Assembly: GCA_051546255.1 (NCBI GenBank)
Contig: CP128820.1
Location: 310,001-374,000 of the forward strand
DNA: 64,000 bases
From: Meyerozyma guilliermondii
Lineage: Eukaryota
Reading direction: 5' to 3'
In this document: piece after piece, positions 43,760 through 54,965 of the stretch
How positions within the stretch are numbered: position 1 is the stretch's first letter
Layout: each line of letters begins with the position of its first letter
The notes under the pieces: generated by a model
The model's database searches: none
Seen by the model: the letters and a program-made list of their open reading frames with translations, nothing else
Told to the model about the DNA's origin: nothing
Made by a program: the position numbers and the translations under genes

Positions 43760-43852
43760 TGTGGATCAATTTTGGTGATTGGGGCCACTTTATATCTAAC
43801 CTTAGAGGAAACCATGTCCCGATTAGGAAAACGGTTGCGACAATCACAGTGC

Positions 43853-45112
43853 CTAAGCTGGAGGAAGAAACCCAGCGAAAAGGCCGGTTTGGAGAAATAT
43901 CCACAGCAAGGAAAACACAGCAATGTATTTGGCCCATGAGTTTTGAATTTGGGATGGTGACGTTGCCAAACACCCAATGTACATGTATGGGAGTGGTAAC
44001 ACCGATCCGATTCGGGTAATGATTTGAACATGCCAGAATAGAATTGCTCCCATACAAAGTGCTAGTGTAGTGGCTATGTGCGGAAGGAGCCGGTTTGAGG
44101 GATAGTCGAGCAAAAAGTATCTCGAAGCCCAAAATGCAATGATTATTGTAGGTGCTGCGAATGCAAAATTCGGTATATTGTTTGGGGTCCAATACGCAAG
44201 GAAGCCTGTTCCCCAGTACCTTGACTGGGCATAGGAGAAGAGCAGGGGAAACCAGGAGTTGCACCATTCTCCACGATTGGGACAGAAAACGGAATATGGG
44301 TACCAAGTGGACACCACTATAGCCACAGCGAGCTGTCCACCAGCAGCAATTGTCAATGTACAATCGGTGAAGAGACTGTTTTTCCAAGCGTTTTGTAGAT
44401 CATAGAGGTAGAACAAGCCAAAGAGCACACTATTGGCTCGAACTCCAAAGGAAATTGCAATAAGCAGGCCGGAAACAAGGTATAAGATAACTGAAGTTAA
44501 ATTGTTGAATGATGACAAAACCGGGTTTTTACCGAGACCAGCCTCTCTAAACCACAACCCGGTGATCACTAGCACGTTACAAAAGCTTTCTGAGTAAGGT
44601 GCCGTCAAAAATATGCCTGCTGGTGAAATGACATACGCCAATGAAGATGCCAATGCTATGGATTTTGCACGCAGACGAAACATACTAATTTTGCCAAATG
44701 TTGTTTCAGCCAAGTAGTACATGGAAATACAAGAAACCAAGTGGAAACCATTGGCATAAATAACAGAAGCAAATAGCTTTGTGTAGAAATTATTTGAAGC
44801 TGGTGGCATATACTTGACCCATCTCCACCAAAGAGGACAGAACACAAACAAGTGTTCAAACTCGATGTCGTGGACAAATAGGTCCGAGAAGTACACTATA
44901 TCCCAAGCAACAAGTTTTTTTAGCACAGAATTGACGAAACAATTGACAAGTGGTCGCACCGGAGATGGCCATCCACTCACAAATTCTGCTTGATCCAGCA
45001 CATATTTGGCTAACACAAGGTCAGATGAAGTGTCGAACCGTACGGGACACAACCACATGATGGTCAATTGGATCCATTTTACCACAATAAATGGTAGTAT
45101 GGGTCCCCACAT
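43853..45112 (-). CDS. GPI18: GPI mannosyltransferase II (PIG-V)
   Basis: FDTSS, WDIVYF, SPAGIFLTAPYSES, YWGTGFLAYWTPNNIPNF, HVQIITRI and terminal FLPPA. First ATG is at 45112. Confidence 0.93.
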   Translation of the reverse strand: MWGPILPFIVVKWIQLTIMWLCPVRFDTSSDLVLAKYVLDQAEFVSGWPSPVRPLVNCFVNSVLKKLVAWDIVYFSDLFVHDIEFEHLFVFCPLWWRWVKYMPPASNNFYTKLFASVIYANGFHLVSCISMYYLAETTFGKISMFRLRAKSIALASSLAYVISPAGIFLTAPYSESFCNVLVITGLWFREAGLGKNPVLSSFNNLTSVILYLVSGLLIAISFGVRANSVLFGLFYLYDLQNAWKNSLFTDCTLTIAAGGQLAVAIVVSTWYPYSVFCPNRGEWCNSWFPLLFSYAQSRYWGTGFLAYWTPNNIPNFAFAAPTIIIAFWASRYFLLDYPSNRLLPHIATTLALCMGAILFWHVQIITRIGSVLPLPYMYIGCLATSPSQIQNSWAKYIAVFSLLWIFLQTGLFAGFLPPA

Positions 45113-45246
45113 GAGTGATGAGATCGCGAAAATAAAAACAGATAAGACAGAAAGAGACGGAAACAGGAACAGAAGAAGCAAAAAAGAATAACCGAGAAAA
45201 AAAAGAACAAGAAAAATAGAAATACTTTTATGCTAAGATCTGTATT

Positions 45247-47253
45247 CTACTTTTTTCCAAACTGCAACGAAAACTCCTTGATGATTCCCTCAACCGATTG
45301 TGGGTTGGCCAAGGTGGTGATGTCTCCCAATTGATCTGCTTCATTACTCGAAATTTTTCTCAAAATACGTCTCATGATCTTACCAGAACGGGTCTTAGGG
45401 AGGTCTGCAACGATAATGACAGACTTGGGAGCAGCAAATGGACCAATTTCTTTACGGACTTGGAGCACAAGTGCCTTTCTCAATTCATCACCATTGGCAC
45501 CAGCCGCTTCATCCTTGAGTGCAACGTAAGCCACCACTGCCTGACCGGTCAAATCATCGTTGATACCCACCACAGCAGCCTCAGAGACTCCGTGGTGCTC
45601 AATGAGAGCTGCTTCAATTTCAGCGGTCGACAATCTGTGTCCAGAGACATTGACCACATCGTCTACACGACCACGAATCCAGTAGTAACCATCGTGGTCA
45701 CGAGCTGCTCCGTCACCAGTAAAGTAGTAACCTGGGTAGGGTTTGAGGTAAGTATCCATGTACTTGGTGTGGTTTTTCCACACCGAACGAGCCATCGATG
45801 GCCAGGTATCTTTGATAGCCAAGACACCTTCAACGTCATTTCCAGATATTTCATGGCCTGAAACTGGGTCGATAAGACAGGCTTGTACGCCAAAGAAGGG
45901 AAGTGAAGCGGATCCAGGCTTGTTACGGGTGATTCCAGCAAATGGTGCAATGAAGTGAGAACCACTCTCGGTCTGCCAATAAGTATCGGTAATATGACAC
46001 TTTCCACGGCCCACTTTTTCATGGTACCATTCCCAGATATCAGGAGAAATAGGCTCTCCTACAGAACCCAAAGTTCTCAAAGTTGACAAGTCGTACTTGG
46101 CAAGTTCTTCTTCACCGGCTTTTCTCAATAATCTCAACGCAGTTGGTGCAACATAGAAATGAGTAGCCTTGTACTTGTCGACAATTTGCCATAATCTGCC
46201 ATAATCTGGGTATGCTGGAGTACCTTCAAACACAATTGTAGACACTCCCAAAGCGAGAGGTCCATATAACGCATAAGTGTGGCCGGTAATCCATCCCACA
46301 TCTCCCGCGGTGAACAAGATGTCTTCAGGATGAATGTCAAAAACGTACTTTGTGGTCAACGCAGCACCAAGCAAGTAACCTCCGGTGGTGTGCAACACAC
46401 CTTTGGGGGTTCCCGTGGATCCAGAAGTGTACAACAAGAAAAGTGGGTCCTCAGAATTGACAGGGACTGGAGGTGTGTAACCTGGAAAATTTGCGGTTTC
46501 TTCATCCCAGTAAAAATCACGACCTTTCTTCATAGCAACATCAGCTCCAGTACGTTTGAACACCAACACCTTCTCGACGGTTGGACATTGTTCGAGAGCA
46601 TCGTCACACAATTTTTTGATGTTCACAGGACGTCCTCCTCTTCTACCCTCATCGCAGGTGAGAAGGGCCTTACAAGCAGCATCATTTACACGGTCTTTAA
46701 TACTTCCCAGCGAGAAACCAGCAAAGATAACCGAGTGGATGGCTCCAATACGAGCAACCGCCAACATGGCAATGATAGCTTGTGGGTTCATTGGGAGGTA
46801 TATGGCTACAGTATCACCTTTCTTGATACCCCAAGAAGTCAATACTCCAGCAACTTTGGAAACTTCTCTCAAAAGCTCAGCATAAGTGAGGGTATAACTG
46901 TCCTTTTCCTCATCGGCTTCGTACATAATGGCAATTTTGTCGGGAGTAGCCAACGCATGTCTATCAACACAGTTGTACGATGCGTTCAATTGACCATTCA
47001 AAAACCAAGCAGCATCACCATGCTGAAGAGATCCCGACTTGACATGGGTGAACTCACGGTCCCATGAAAGTAAGTCCTTAGCTAAGGGTCCGAAAAACCC
47101 CTGGGGGTCCTCAATTGAATTCTTGTACAATTCATGGTATTGTTCAAGTGATTCGACATGGCCCTTTCTTGGCTGTTTTGCGAAAAATTCTTCGGGAATG
47201 GGACGCAACAGCGAAGTGTTGGCCTCGTGGACTACCGAATGTTGCTGGGTCAT
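45247..47253 (-). CDS. ACS2: Acetyl-CoA synthetase
   Basis: [20 protein letters not shown] and [11 protein letters not shown]. Short N-terminus and no PTS1, consistent with the ACS2 type. Confidence 0.88.
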   Translation of the reverse strand: MTQQHSVVHEANTSLLRPIPEEFFAKQPRKGHVESLEQYHELYKNSIEDPQGFFGPLAKDLLSWDREFTHVKSGSLQHGDAAWFLNGQLNASYNCVDRHALATPDKIAIMYEADEEKDSYTLTYAELLREVSKVAGVLTSWGIKKGDTVAIYLPMNPQAIIAMLAVARIGAIHSVIFAGFSLGSIKDRVNDAACKALLTCDEGRRGGRPVNIKKLCDDALEQCPTVEKVLVFKRTGADVAMKKGRDFYWDEETANFPGYTPPVPVNSEDPLFLLYTSGSTGTPKGVLHTTGGYLLGAALTTKYVFDIHPEDILFTAGDVGWITGHTYALYGPLALGVSTIVFEGTPAYPDYGRLWQIVDKYKATHFYVAPTALRLLRKAGEEELAKYDLSTLRTLGSVGEPISPDIWEWYHEKVGRGKCHITDTYWQTESGSHFIAPFAGITRNKPGSASLPFFGVQACLIDPVSGHEISGNDVEGVLAIKDTWPSMARSVWKNHTKYMDTYLKPYPGYYFTGDGAARDHDGYYWIRGRVDDVVNVSGHRLSTAEIEAALIEHHGVSEAAVVGINDDLTGQAVVAYVALKDEAAGANGDELRKALVLQVRKEIGPFAAPKSVIIVADLPKTRSGKIMRRILRKISSNEADQLGDITTLANPQSVEGIIKEFSLQFGKK

Positions 47254-47432
47254 GGCAAAATGAGTCGATTAACAACGGATTTTGGAAAGTCTGGGGTTGA
47301 AATTTTTCACCAAATTCGCACTGTTGGGTAAAGCCCAAAACTAGGTGCCAACAGATAAGACGGTGTTTTGATGCTTTTTGAAAGCTGGGGGTGTTGCCAA
47401 TGGGTTAATTAAGACCAATTGACTATTTTAGT

Positions 47433-47895
47433 TGAGTCACCGAACTGGGTTGTCTCTCAACTTTTTCTGTAATTGTATGTGAATAAATATGACTCACTCG
47501 TACGCTCGTATAGATCAAGTTATATGAGCTACCAGTTAATAAATAATGACCAATTACGTTCAAAGAAATAGATCCAACCCCAGATTCTTCCTCGCTTTTA
47601 TACTTGGCCCGGCGTTATGCCCAAACCTTATCCACTCACACTCCGGCCATCCGCCGGAACTCACTCGACAACTTCATTTCCGGTTAATTGGGAGTTCAAT
47701 TTTAAAAATACTTTAACCTCATAAATTTTCACTCTACATCGCTAAATTCAACTACTACGTTCTTCAATTGTATTTATATACCTTTCCCCACCCTTCTACA
47801 CTCTCCTCTTTGACTCGCAGTTCCCCAGGTTTCGGTCTTAAGTGCGCCCAACTCCGGGAAGACAGGACGGACGAATGGACGCATACGACCAATCA
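47433..47895. promoter_or_regulatory. ACS2 upstream elements: two TGASTCA sites, a CSRE and a CCAAT box
   Basis: TGAGTCA at 47433-47439, TGACTCA at 47490-47496, CGGACGAATGGA at 47868-47879, CCAATCA at 47889-47895. Confidence 0.6.
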
Positions 47896-48058
47896 CGGAA
47901 CCGATAAAGACCCAAAACACACAGGGGTGCATTGTTCACAGTGGTAAGTTGCATATAGGGGATACATAGGGGCGGATTATTTTTTGTTTGTTGCTTCTGC
48001 TTGCTTTTCACTACACTTCACTAATCTTAACTTTATTCTTAATACATTACTCTATTAT

Positions 48059-48884
48059 TTAGTCAACCTCCTCCACAGTTGGTCCGTCATTGGATGGACC
48101 TGGGGCACCGCCTGGAGCAGCACCTGGGAAGCCACCTGGAGCAGCACCAGCTGGAGCAGCACCGGCTTGGTAAGCCTTAGACATGATTGGGTTGGCCTTG
48201 CCCTCCAATTCCTTTTGCTTGTCAGTGAACTCCTCCTCAGTGGCAGTTTGGTTGTCGTCCAACCAGGTGATGGTCTCCTCAGCAGCCTTGGTGACCTCTT
48301 CAATCTCAGAAGCATCCAACTTCTCCTTGAATTGATCCTCGCCCAAGGTGGACTTCAAGGAGTAAGCGTAAGATTCCAAACCGTTCTTGGCTTGCACTCT
48401 AGCAGCTTCCTTTTCATCCTCTTCCTTGTACTTTTCGGCTTCGTTGACCATTCTCTCGATATCCTCCTTGGACAATCTACCCTTGTCGTTGGTGATGGTA
48501 ATCTTTTGAGTCTTACCGGTACCCTTCTCCAAGGCACTGACGTTCAAGATACCATTGGCATCGATATCGAAGGTAACCTCGATTTGAGGAACACCTCTTG
48601 GTGCTGGTGGAATACCAGACAATTCGAACTTACCCAACAAGTTGTTGTCCTTAGTCTTGGCTCTCTCACCTTCGTAAACTTGAATCAACACACCTGGTTG
48701 GTTGTCGGCGTAAGTAGAGAAAGTCTCAGACTTCTTAGTAGGGATGGTGGAGTTTCTTGGAATCAACTTGGTCATGATACCACCAGCGGTCTCAATACCC
48801 ATAGACAATGGAGCAACATCCAACAACAACAAGTCTTGAGTCTTAGATGAAGTGTCACCAGACAAGATGGCGGCTTGCACAGCA

Positions 48885-48916
<32 letters not shown>

Positions 48917-49996
48917 GGACTTATTTGGCTCCTTACCGTTGAAGAAGTCAGAAACCAACTTTTGAACCTTTGGAATTCTGGTGGATCCACCAACGAGGAC
49001 AATCTCGTGGACTTGAGACTTGTCAACCTTGGCATCACGCAACACCTTTTCGACTGGGTCCAAAGTAGATCTGAACAAGTCTTGACACAACTCTTCGAAT
49101 CTAGCTCTAGTAAGAGAAGTGTAGAAGTCGATACCTTCGAACAAAGAGTCAATCTCGACAGAGGTTTGAGCAGAAGAAGACAAGGTTCTCTTGGCTCTTT
49201 CACAAGCAGTTCTCAATCTTCTCAATGCTCTTTGGTTGGTGGACAAGTCCTTCTTGTTCTTTCTCTTGAACTCGTTAACAAAGTGGTTCACCAATCTGTT
49301 GTCGAAATCTTCACCACCCAAGTGAGTGTCACCGGCAGTAGACTTGACTTCAAAGATACCATCTTCGATAGACAACAAGGAAACATCGAAAGTACCTCCA
49401 CCCAAGTCGAAAATCAATACATTCTTTTCTTGGGCATCCTTCTTGTCCAAACCATAAGCGATAGCAGCAGCAGTTGGTTCGTTAATGATTCTCATCACAT
49501 TCAAACCAGCAATCAAACCGGCATCCTTGGTGGCTTGTCTTTGAGAGTCGTTGAAGTAAGCTGGGACGGTAACGACGGCATCGCTAACCTTGGTACCCAA
49601 AAATCCTTCAGCGGTCTCCTTCATCTTGGTCAAGATCATAGAAGAGATTTCTTCTGGGGTGAACACCTTGGTCTCACCCTTGAACTCAACTTGAATGTTT
49701 GGCTTTCCGTTCTTGTCAATGACCTTGAAAGGAAAGTGTTTAGCATCACCTTGAACTTCAGAGTCGTTGAACTTTCTACCAATCAAACGCTTAGCATCGA
49801 ACACAGTGTTAGCTGGGTTCATGGCAGCTTGATTCTTGGCAGCATCACCAATCAATCTTTCAGAATCGGTGAAAGCAACGAACGAAGGAGTAGTTCTGTT
49901 ACCTTGATCATTGGCAATAATTTCAACACGATCGTTAGCAAAGTGGGCTACACAAGAGTAGGTAGTACCCAAATCAATACCAACAGCTTTAGACAT
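48059..49996 (-). CDS. SSA2: Cytosolic Hsp70 (Ssa family)
   Basis: [16 protein letters not shown]...GPTVEEVD with strong codon bias. The paralog number is less certain than the family. Confidence 0.9.
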
Positions 49997-50180
49997 TATT
50001 AATGGAAATTTGGTAGATGAAAAATTGTATGCGGGGCGGTGGTGTCCATTTATAGCGGGATAAGTCGTCGATGCATGGGGCAATATTCCATCGGGTTCGA
50101 TGGATTTCCAGGCATTTTTGCAACTAAATATGGTGCATAGAACCGGATAGAAGCCGATGGAATTACGCCCGGTGATGTCA

Positions 50181-50194
50181 TGGTCACGTGACCA
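50181..50194. promoter_or_regulatory. 14-bp perfect palindrome containing GTCACGTGAC (Cbf1/Tye7-type site) upstream of Hsp70
   Basis: TGGTCACGTGACCA. Confidence 0.65.
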
Positions 50195-50277
50195 CCCAGC
50201 CACGACTTACATCATATGGCAGGAATACAGTGGGTCGCTATATACCGTCTACAATCTTCAATAAAACATCGTATATT

Positions 50278-51192
50278 CTAAGTCAGCTTTTCCTTTGAAT
50301 AGTCGTTGACAAGGTAGATGGAACCAAGCTTTCTCGCCACGTCCTTGAATTGAACCCAAATGTTCTTGACGGTGGGATTGTTGGCGTTGTTCACAGCAGA
50401 ATCGATGCGGAGTTCCAAGCGCTTAAAGTGATTTCTGGTGAATACAGACTTCTCAAATCTGAGCTTAAGGAACAACGAGTACACGAGGAAAGGAGTCAAT
50501 GATCTCTTTCTGATGGTAATCACGCGTACAAAGAGCCATAACCAAGAGATAATCTCAAGAAGACTGGCAACTTGAATTGACTTGGTATTGTTGTTACTAA
50601 CAAAGTGGCCAACATGTGCAGCAATTGGGCTTTCACCCATGCCAAACACAGGAAGCAAGTGACCCTTTGTGTATGCCAACACATGGAAGGCGGAAAACAA
50701 TCCAAAGGGGAGAAGAGGCAACATAATGTGGGGTCTGAGAAGAAGGAAGAAACATCCCAACAAAAAGTATTGGGTGTTGTCATCCTTCAATAAGCCAGAC
50801 ACTTGAAGACTCTTCTTCGATACCAATTGGAAGATAAGAATGCCAAATGATTCGATGATACCCAAAGTGGCCAAGTAGAACCAGAAAAACTGGGTGCGAT
50901 GACCAATACGAATGAACGTAAGAGAGTAAAAAATCACCGAGATAAGTGTGATAAGGTGTCCCACGAACCAGGCAAACTGAAGAGTCTATGTTAGTATACG
51001 GTAAACCTAAAAAAGTCCAATTTTTTTTCAAAATTACATCTTCGAAAAAATCAGGGGTCTCGACTAATATTGTCAAAAAGCGCCATTGAAGGCCCAGAAA
51101 ACTTCTGATATACTCACCTGCACTGTCTCCATCAAATCTTGTTGTTTGACAGGTTTCTTTTCGCTTGGTTTGGGGGTAACGGGTTCAGACAT
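50278..51192 (-). CDS. POM33: Pom33/Per33 (TMEM33) family membrane protein (exons 51192-51118 and 50985-50278)
   Basis: Spliced MSEPVTPK...METVQ/TLQFAWFVGH, plus DDNTQYF, LLPFGLFSAFHV and FLKLRF. Confidence 0.88.
50986..51117 (-). other. Spliceosomal intron in POM33 (132 nt)
   Basis: GTGAGT donor, TACTAAC at 50996-50990, ATAG acceptor, phase-0 in-frame join. Confidence 0.88.
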
Positions 51193-51527
51193 TTTGGTCC
51201 TAGTTTAGGGTGACTTGTGATTTTCGCTGGCGAAAAATCGTGTGCGAAATTGGAATCTTCGGTTGCGTTGCTGTCACGAGCCAGGGAACGCAACTCGAAG
51301 GCCAAGTAGAGGCTTAGAATTGCAATTGAACGCAGAACGGGTAATTTAGGTTAATGTAGAGTACAATGAGGTAGAGAATTGAGGCCACTTGTTCGGCTGA
51401 AGGTGGTATATTCTACGGTAGAGATGTATCGAGTGCTCTCTAATGCACCGAAGGTTTGCGCGGCACCTGAAACGAGAAACAATGTAGAAAATACCACGGT
51501 GTTTTTCAAAGGTATATTTCATCAATT

Positions 51528-52899
51528 CTAACGCAAAAAGCCCTTACGACTCTTTTGTGGGGCTGGGGCGGGAGGATCTTGTGGCAACAGTTTTTGCTTC
51601 TCCAACTGTGCCTTCTTATCTTCCAATAACTTTATTTGTTTGCTCAACTTGTCCTTCATTTCCTTATGACGTGAGAACAAATCGGCTTCAGACCTCTGTA
51701 ATTTCTTTTCCTTTTCGCTGACCTTTTGTTGGAACACTGCTTTCATCTCTTGCTCCATCTTGGCAAGTTTGGCTTCATGAAGTGCCTTTTCTTCCTCCTG
51801 CTTGGCCAATGGGTCAAACTCCTTGAACACGGACTCATCCTGCTCAATGCCCATACGTAACAACTTGGCACTACGATAGTTTTCGTAGAGGACATTGTTG
51901 GTGTTTTCCTTCAACTCTTCCATGTAATTACGGATCAACAACTCCCGCAATCTCACAAAGTCGTTGTGGTTTTCGTTTTCAACTTCAATTATTCCCCACG
52001 GATAGCTTCTCCCACGCACGGAACGACCATCGGCTGACTGTACGTAGTTTGTAGACCCCACCACAGCGAAGGGGAGTTTTGAGAGCACGTTATTGTTTAA
52101 CACCGCGGCATCGTCGTCATCGGTCTCGTGAACCAGCGGTTTAAACACACTGATACCCTGGTACTTGATATCGTCCAAGATTCTTCTCTTGAACTCAACA
52201 ATTTCGTCGTCGGTAAGAGTGTCGGCCTTGGCGATCACAGGGATCAAATTGACCTTGTCGTGCACCTGCTTCATAAATGCAATATCCAAAGCCCTCAATG
52301 AATGACCACTAGGTTCAATGAAGTAAAGAAGAGCGTGAATCCGAGGATCCTCGATGGTAGTCCGGCTGAGCCTGCTCTCTGATTCCAAGTAGGTGTCGAA
52401 TCGCGTGTTAATTTCATCGGCAATAGGTTTCCACGATTCGGCGTTGTTAGTAAGAGCCCCAAATCCTGGAGCCGTCACCACATTTAAACGCAACTTGATG
52501 CCATCTTCTTCAATCTCTGACGCCGTCAGTTGCACCGTCACAGCAGGAAATTCTTCTCTTTCCTCGTCGACATTTTTCGTCAAAACTGGTTTGTTGAAGA
52601 GGGTGTTAATCAAGGTAGTTTTTCCCAATCCAGGTTCTCCAACCACCATCACGTTCAAGTTGAACCCACGACGCACAGATTTTCTATGCCACTGCTTGGG
52701 AAGGTTGGCGAATCCAACGTACCCATTGAGCTTTTTTCTTATGATCTTTAAATCCTCTAATGGAGCCACTGAAGTTAGTAGATGAACAAAAAAGTTACAA
52801 TCGCAAGTTGAAAGTGAGTATGGTTGTTTATAGCACCCTATAGAAGGGTCTGGGACGATCTGGTGCCTCCAAAATACCAGAAGACTTACCTGTAGTCAT
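51528..52899 (-). CDS. CDC3: Septin Cdc3 (exons 52899-52890 and 52768-51528)
   Basis: GYVGFANLPKQWHRKS, GEPGLGKTT P-loop, GRSYPWG and a C-terminal coiled coil. Micro first exon ATG ACT ACA G. Confidence 0.94.
52769..52889 (-). other. Spliceosomal intron in CDC3 (121 nt)
   Basis: GTAAGT donor, TACTAAC at 52780-52774, TTCAG acceptor, in-frame join giving MTTVAP. Confidence 0.9.
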
Positions 52900-53187
52900 A
52901 ACTGAGAGTAGTGTTGTTTGCGTCTCGTGTAGAGATCACAAACATTCGACGTGTTGCGGTGTGTGCAGGAACGGGACCAGAGAGGGCAGGACAGGGAAAA
53001 GCAGATGTAGATTTACAATTGTGTTTAGAAATGGCTTCTAATGTTTGTTTTGTTTCTTTGCTTGTTGATGAAATTTCTATCTTACATGGAGGGAGTTGTA
53101 TCAGGGAGTAGCTGGTTCAGTTAGGCTCTAATTGAATTGGATTTGTTAAGCCATCAATTCTGTCGTGGTTCATTAGTCAATGGGTGG

Positions 53188-53360
53188 AAAAGTGAAGATT
53201 AGAGTGAAAAGTAAATTGAAAAGTAGAGTGAAAAGTAGAGTGAAAAGTGAATAAAAAAAGTGAAAATCGAAAGGACTTAATACACTTTTCACTCAATTTC
53301 ACTCAATTTCACTCAATTTCACTCATTTTTCACTCACTTTTACTTCTCCATTTCACTCTT
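53188..53360. repeat. Two facing tandem arrays, (AGAGTGAAAAGT)n and (AATTTCACTC)n, forming an inverted repeat
   Basis: 12-bp units at 53201, 53213 (variant), 53225 and 53237. ACTTTTCACTC at 53284 followed by 10-bp units at 53295-53324 and degenerate copies. Confidence 0.85.
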
Positions 53361-53904
53361 TTCCTCGGTTCTCTTCCTCTTTTCTCTCCTCCCCCTCCAA
53401 CTGCTCGAGCAAAAACTCAAGCCCGTGTCGTGCAAACTCAATCATATTGCTCGATCGGTCATTCTTGCCAGTGCGACAAACGGTGCTGATTTCGCCATTG
53501 GGCCCACTCACTCCCAAAAAAACGGTGCCTACGGCATCAGCTCCCGCTGGAGCACCTAAATGAAGATCCGTAGATGGTCCAGCGTAGCCAGTCTCAGACA
53601 AAACATAAGTCAGACCCAACTCATAGCGGGTGGTACGAGCCAACTTCAACGCCACCAGCTCAGAAGGGCCCACATACGACTGTATTTCTTGGTCCAGCCA
53701 CCCGCTGAGTCTCAATCGTTGTTTAAGCGAATACAACAGTTTACCACCAATATAAAAATCAGAGGCTCCTGGAACCGACACCAAGTAGGCCGACAAAAGA
53801 CCACCACAGGCAGCTTCTGAGACAGCCAAAGTGTGGTTGCGGGCCCGCAAGAGGGTTGCTATGCGGTGTACAACGTCAGAAACGTCGCGAGGGGGGAATT
53901 CCAT
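53353..53904 (-). CDS. Stand-alone CinA C-terminal (PncC-fold) protein
   Basis: TLAVSEAACGGLL..LVSVPGAS..GG..YS..R, ETGYAGP and VGTVFLGV motifs. Confidence 0.82.
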   Translation of the reverse strand: MEFPPRDVSDVVHRIATLLRARNHTLAVSEAACGGLLSAYLVSVPGASDFYIGGKLLYSLKQRLRLSGWLDQEIQSYVGPSELVALKLARTTRYELGLTYVLSETGYAGPSTDLHLGAPAGADAVGTVFLGVSGPNGEISTVCRTGKNDRSSNMIEFARHGLEFLLEQLEGEERKEEENRGKE

Positions 53905-54008
53905 GGAATATGGTGGGTACCACTTTAGTTGGTGGTGGATTGATTGGTGCAGGAATCACCAAAGAAAGTTCGCGGCAAATTTAAATTTGTGCAGTTTACT
54001 AAGGAACC

Positions 54009-54841
54009 ATGGCCCTTGTCAAATTCAACGCTGGCAAGGTCCAGTATGACGAAACCACCCACAAGTGCACGCCGTTGCCCCACAAGGGCGTGATCTCCAT
54101 CAAGGTCAACTCTGATGAAGAAGGCTTTTATGATTTCACTTGGACGCCCAAATCCAGCAATGGCGAACGAGACGAGTTACTAATAATTCCCGGCGATGTC
54201 AGCTTCAAACCCGTCAAATCGTGTACTACGGGGCGGGTAGTGGCACTCACGTTTCTCAGTTCTGGTGCGAAGAACTTGTACTGGTTCCAGGACGTGGGAG
54301 ACGACGAGCAATTGAACTCGTTCACCACCAAAGATGACGAAATAATCCGCAAGATCAACGAGTTGATAGCGGTTGGAGACGACGACGACGACGAAGAACA
54401 GGCGACCGCCGAGCCGCCAGCAGAAACCCATACCGAAAATGCCCCATTGGCTCAGGAATCGTAAGTATATACATAGACCATGAAATCCTCATCTACTGAC
54501 TTAGCACCTCTAGCTTTTCAGGGCACATCTCGCAACTTGGCGACGTGCTTCTGCCGGAAAACATATCGCAACTCGTACACAAGATGAGTCCTGAAGCAAT
54601 TGAGCAGGTATTTGGTCCTCATCTTCCAGAGGGAACCGCACCCACAGCTGATAATGTCATGGAAGTAGTTACTTCTTCATTTTTCCGTCAATCATTGACC
54701 AAGTTTAGCGACCAGCTCGACCAGAACGACGGCACAGGAATGCTTCTAGCACAGGCATTTGGCATTGAGTACAAGGGCGAGGGGTTGACCAATTGGCTTC
54801 AGGCAATGAGAGAGAAGAAGGAGGAGGAAAAGAAAAGGTGA
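54009..54841 (+). CDS. RPN13: Proteasome ubiquitin receptor Rpn13 (exons 54009-54460 and 54505-54841): Pru plus DEUBAD-like domain, 262 aa
   Basis: Pru domain (FNAGK, CTPLPHKG, LLIIPGD, GRVVALTFLSSG..YWFQD). The downstream 98-aa ORF joins in frame after a 44-nt intron. Confidence 0.85.
54461..54504 (+). other. Predicted 44-nt intron in RPN13 with an in-frame TAA inside the donor
   Basis: GTAAGT at 54461, TACTGAC at 54494-54500, TTAG acceptor ending 54504. A second in-frame TAG acceptor ends at 54513. Confidence 0.78.
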
Positions 54842-54902
54842 ACAAAAATTCTGGTTTGCCTAACATACAGCCTTGACCGCGATACCTACGATCCCGTCTC
54901 CT

Positions 54903-54965
54903 ATCCCTTTGCTAAGATCCCTTTGCTAAGATTTCTTTGCTAATTCTTAAGATCTCTTTGCTAAG
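54903..54965 (+). repeat. Minisatellite of about 14 bp, unit ATCCCTTTGCTAAG, four copies
   Basis: Exact copies at 54903-54916 and 54917-54930, variants at 54931-54943 and 54952-54965. Confidence 0.85.

Noticed and set aside
47984..50002. Long antisense ORFs (288 and 375 aa) over Hsp70
   Set aside because: Well-known antisense-ORF artefact of HSP70 genes arising from codon bias.
50181..50194. GTCACGTG as centromere CDEI
   Set aside because: No AT-rich CDEII or CDEIII follows, and CUG-clade yeasts lack point centromeres; better explained as a promoter E-box.
53188..53360. Repeat arrays as CRISPR or telomeric repeats
   Set aside because: Eukaryotic context, no unique spacers or cas genes, internal location, and irregular 10/12-bp units.
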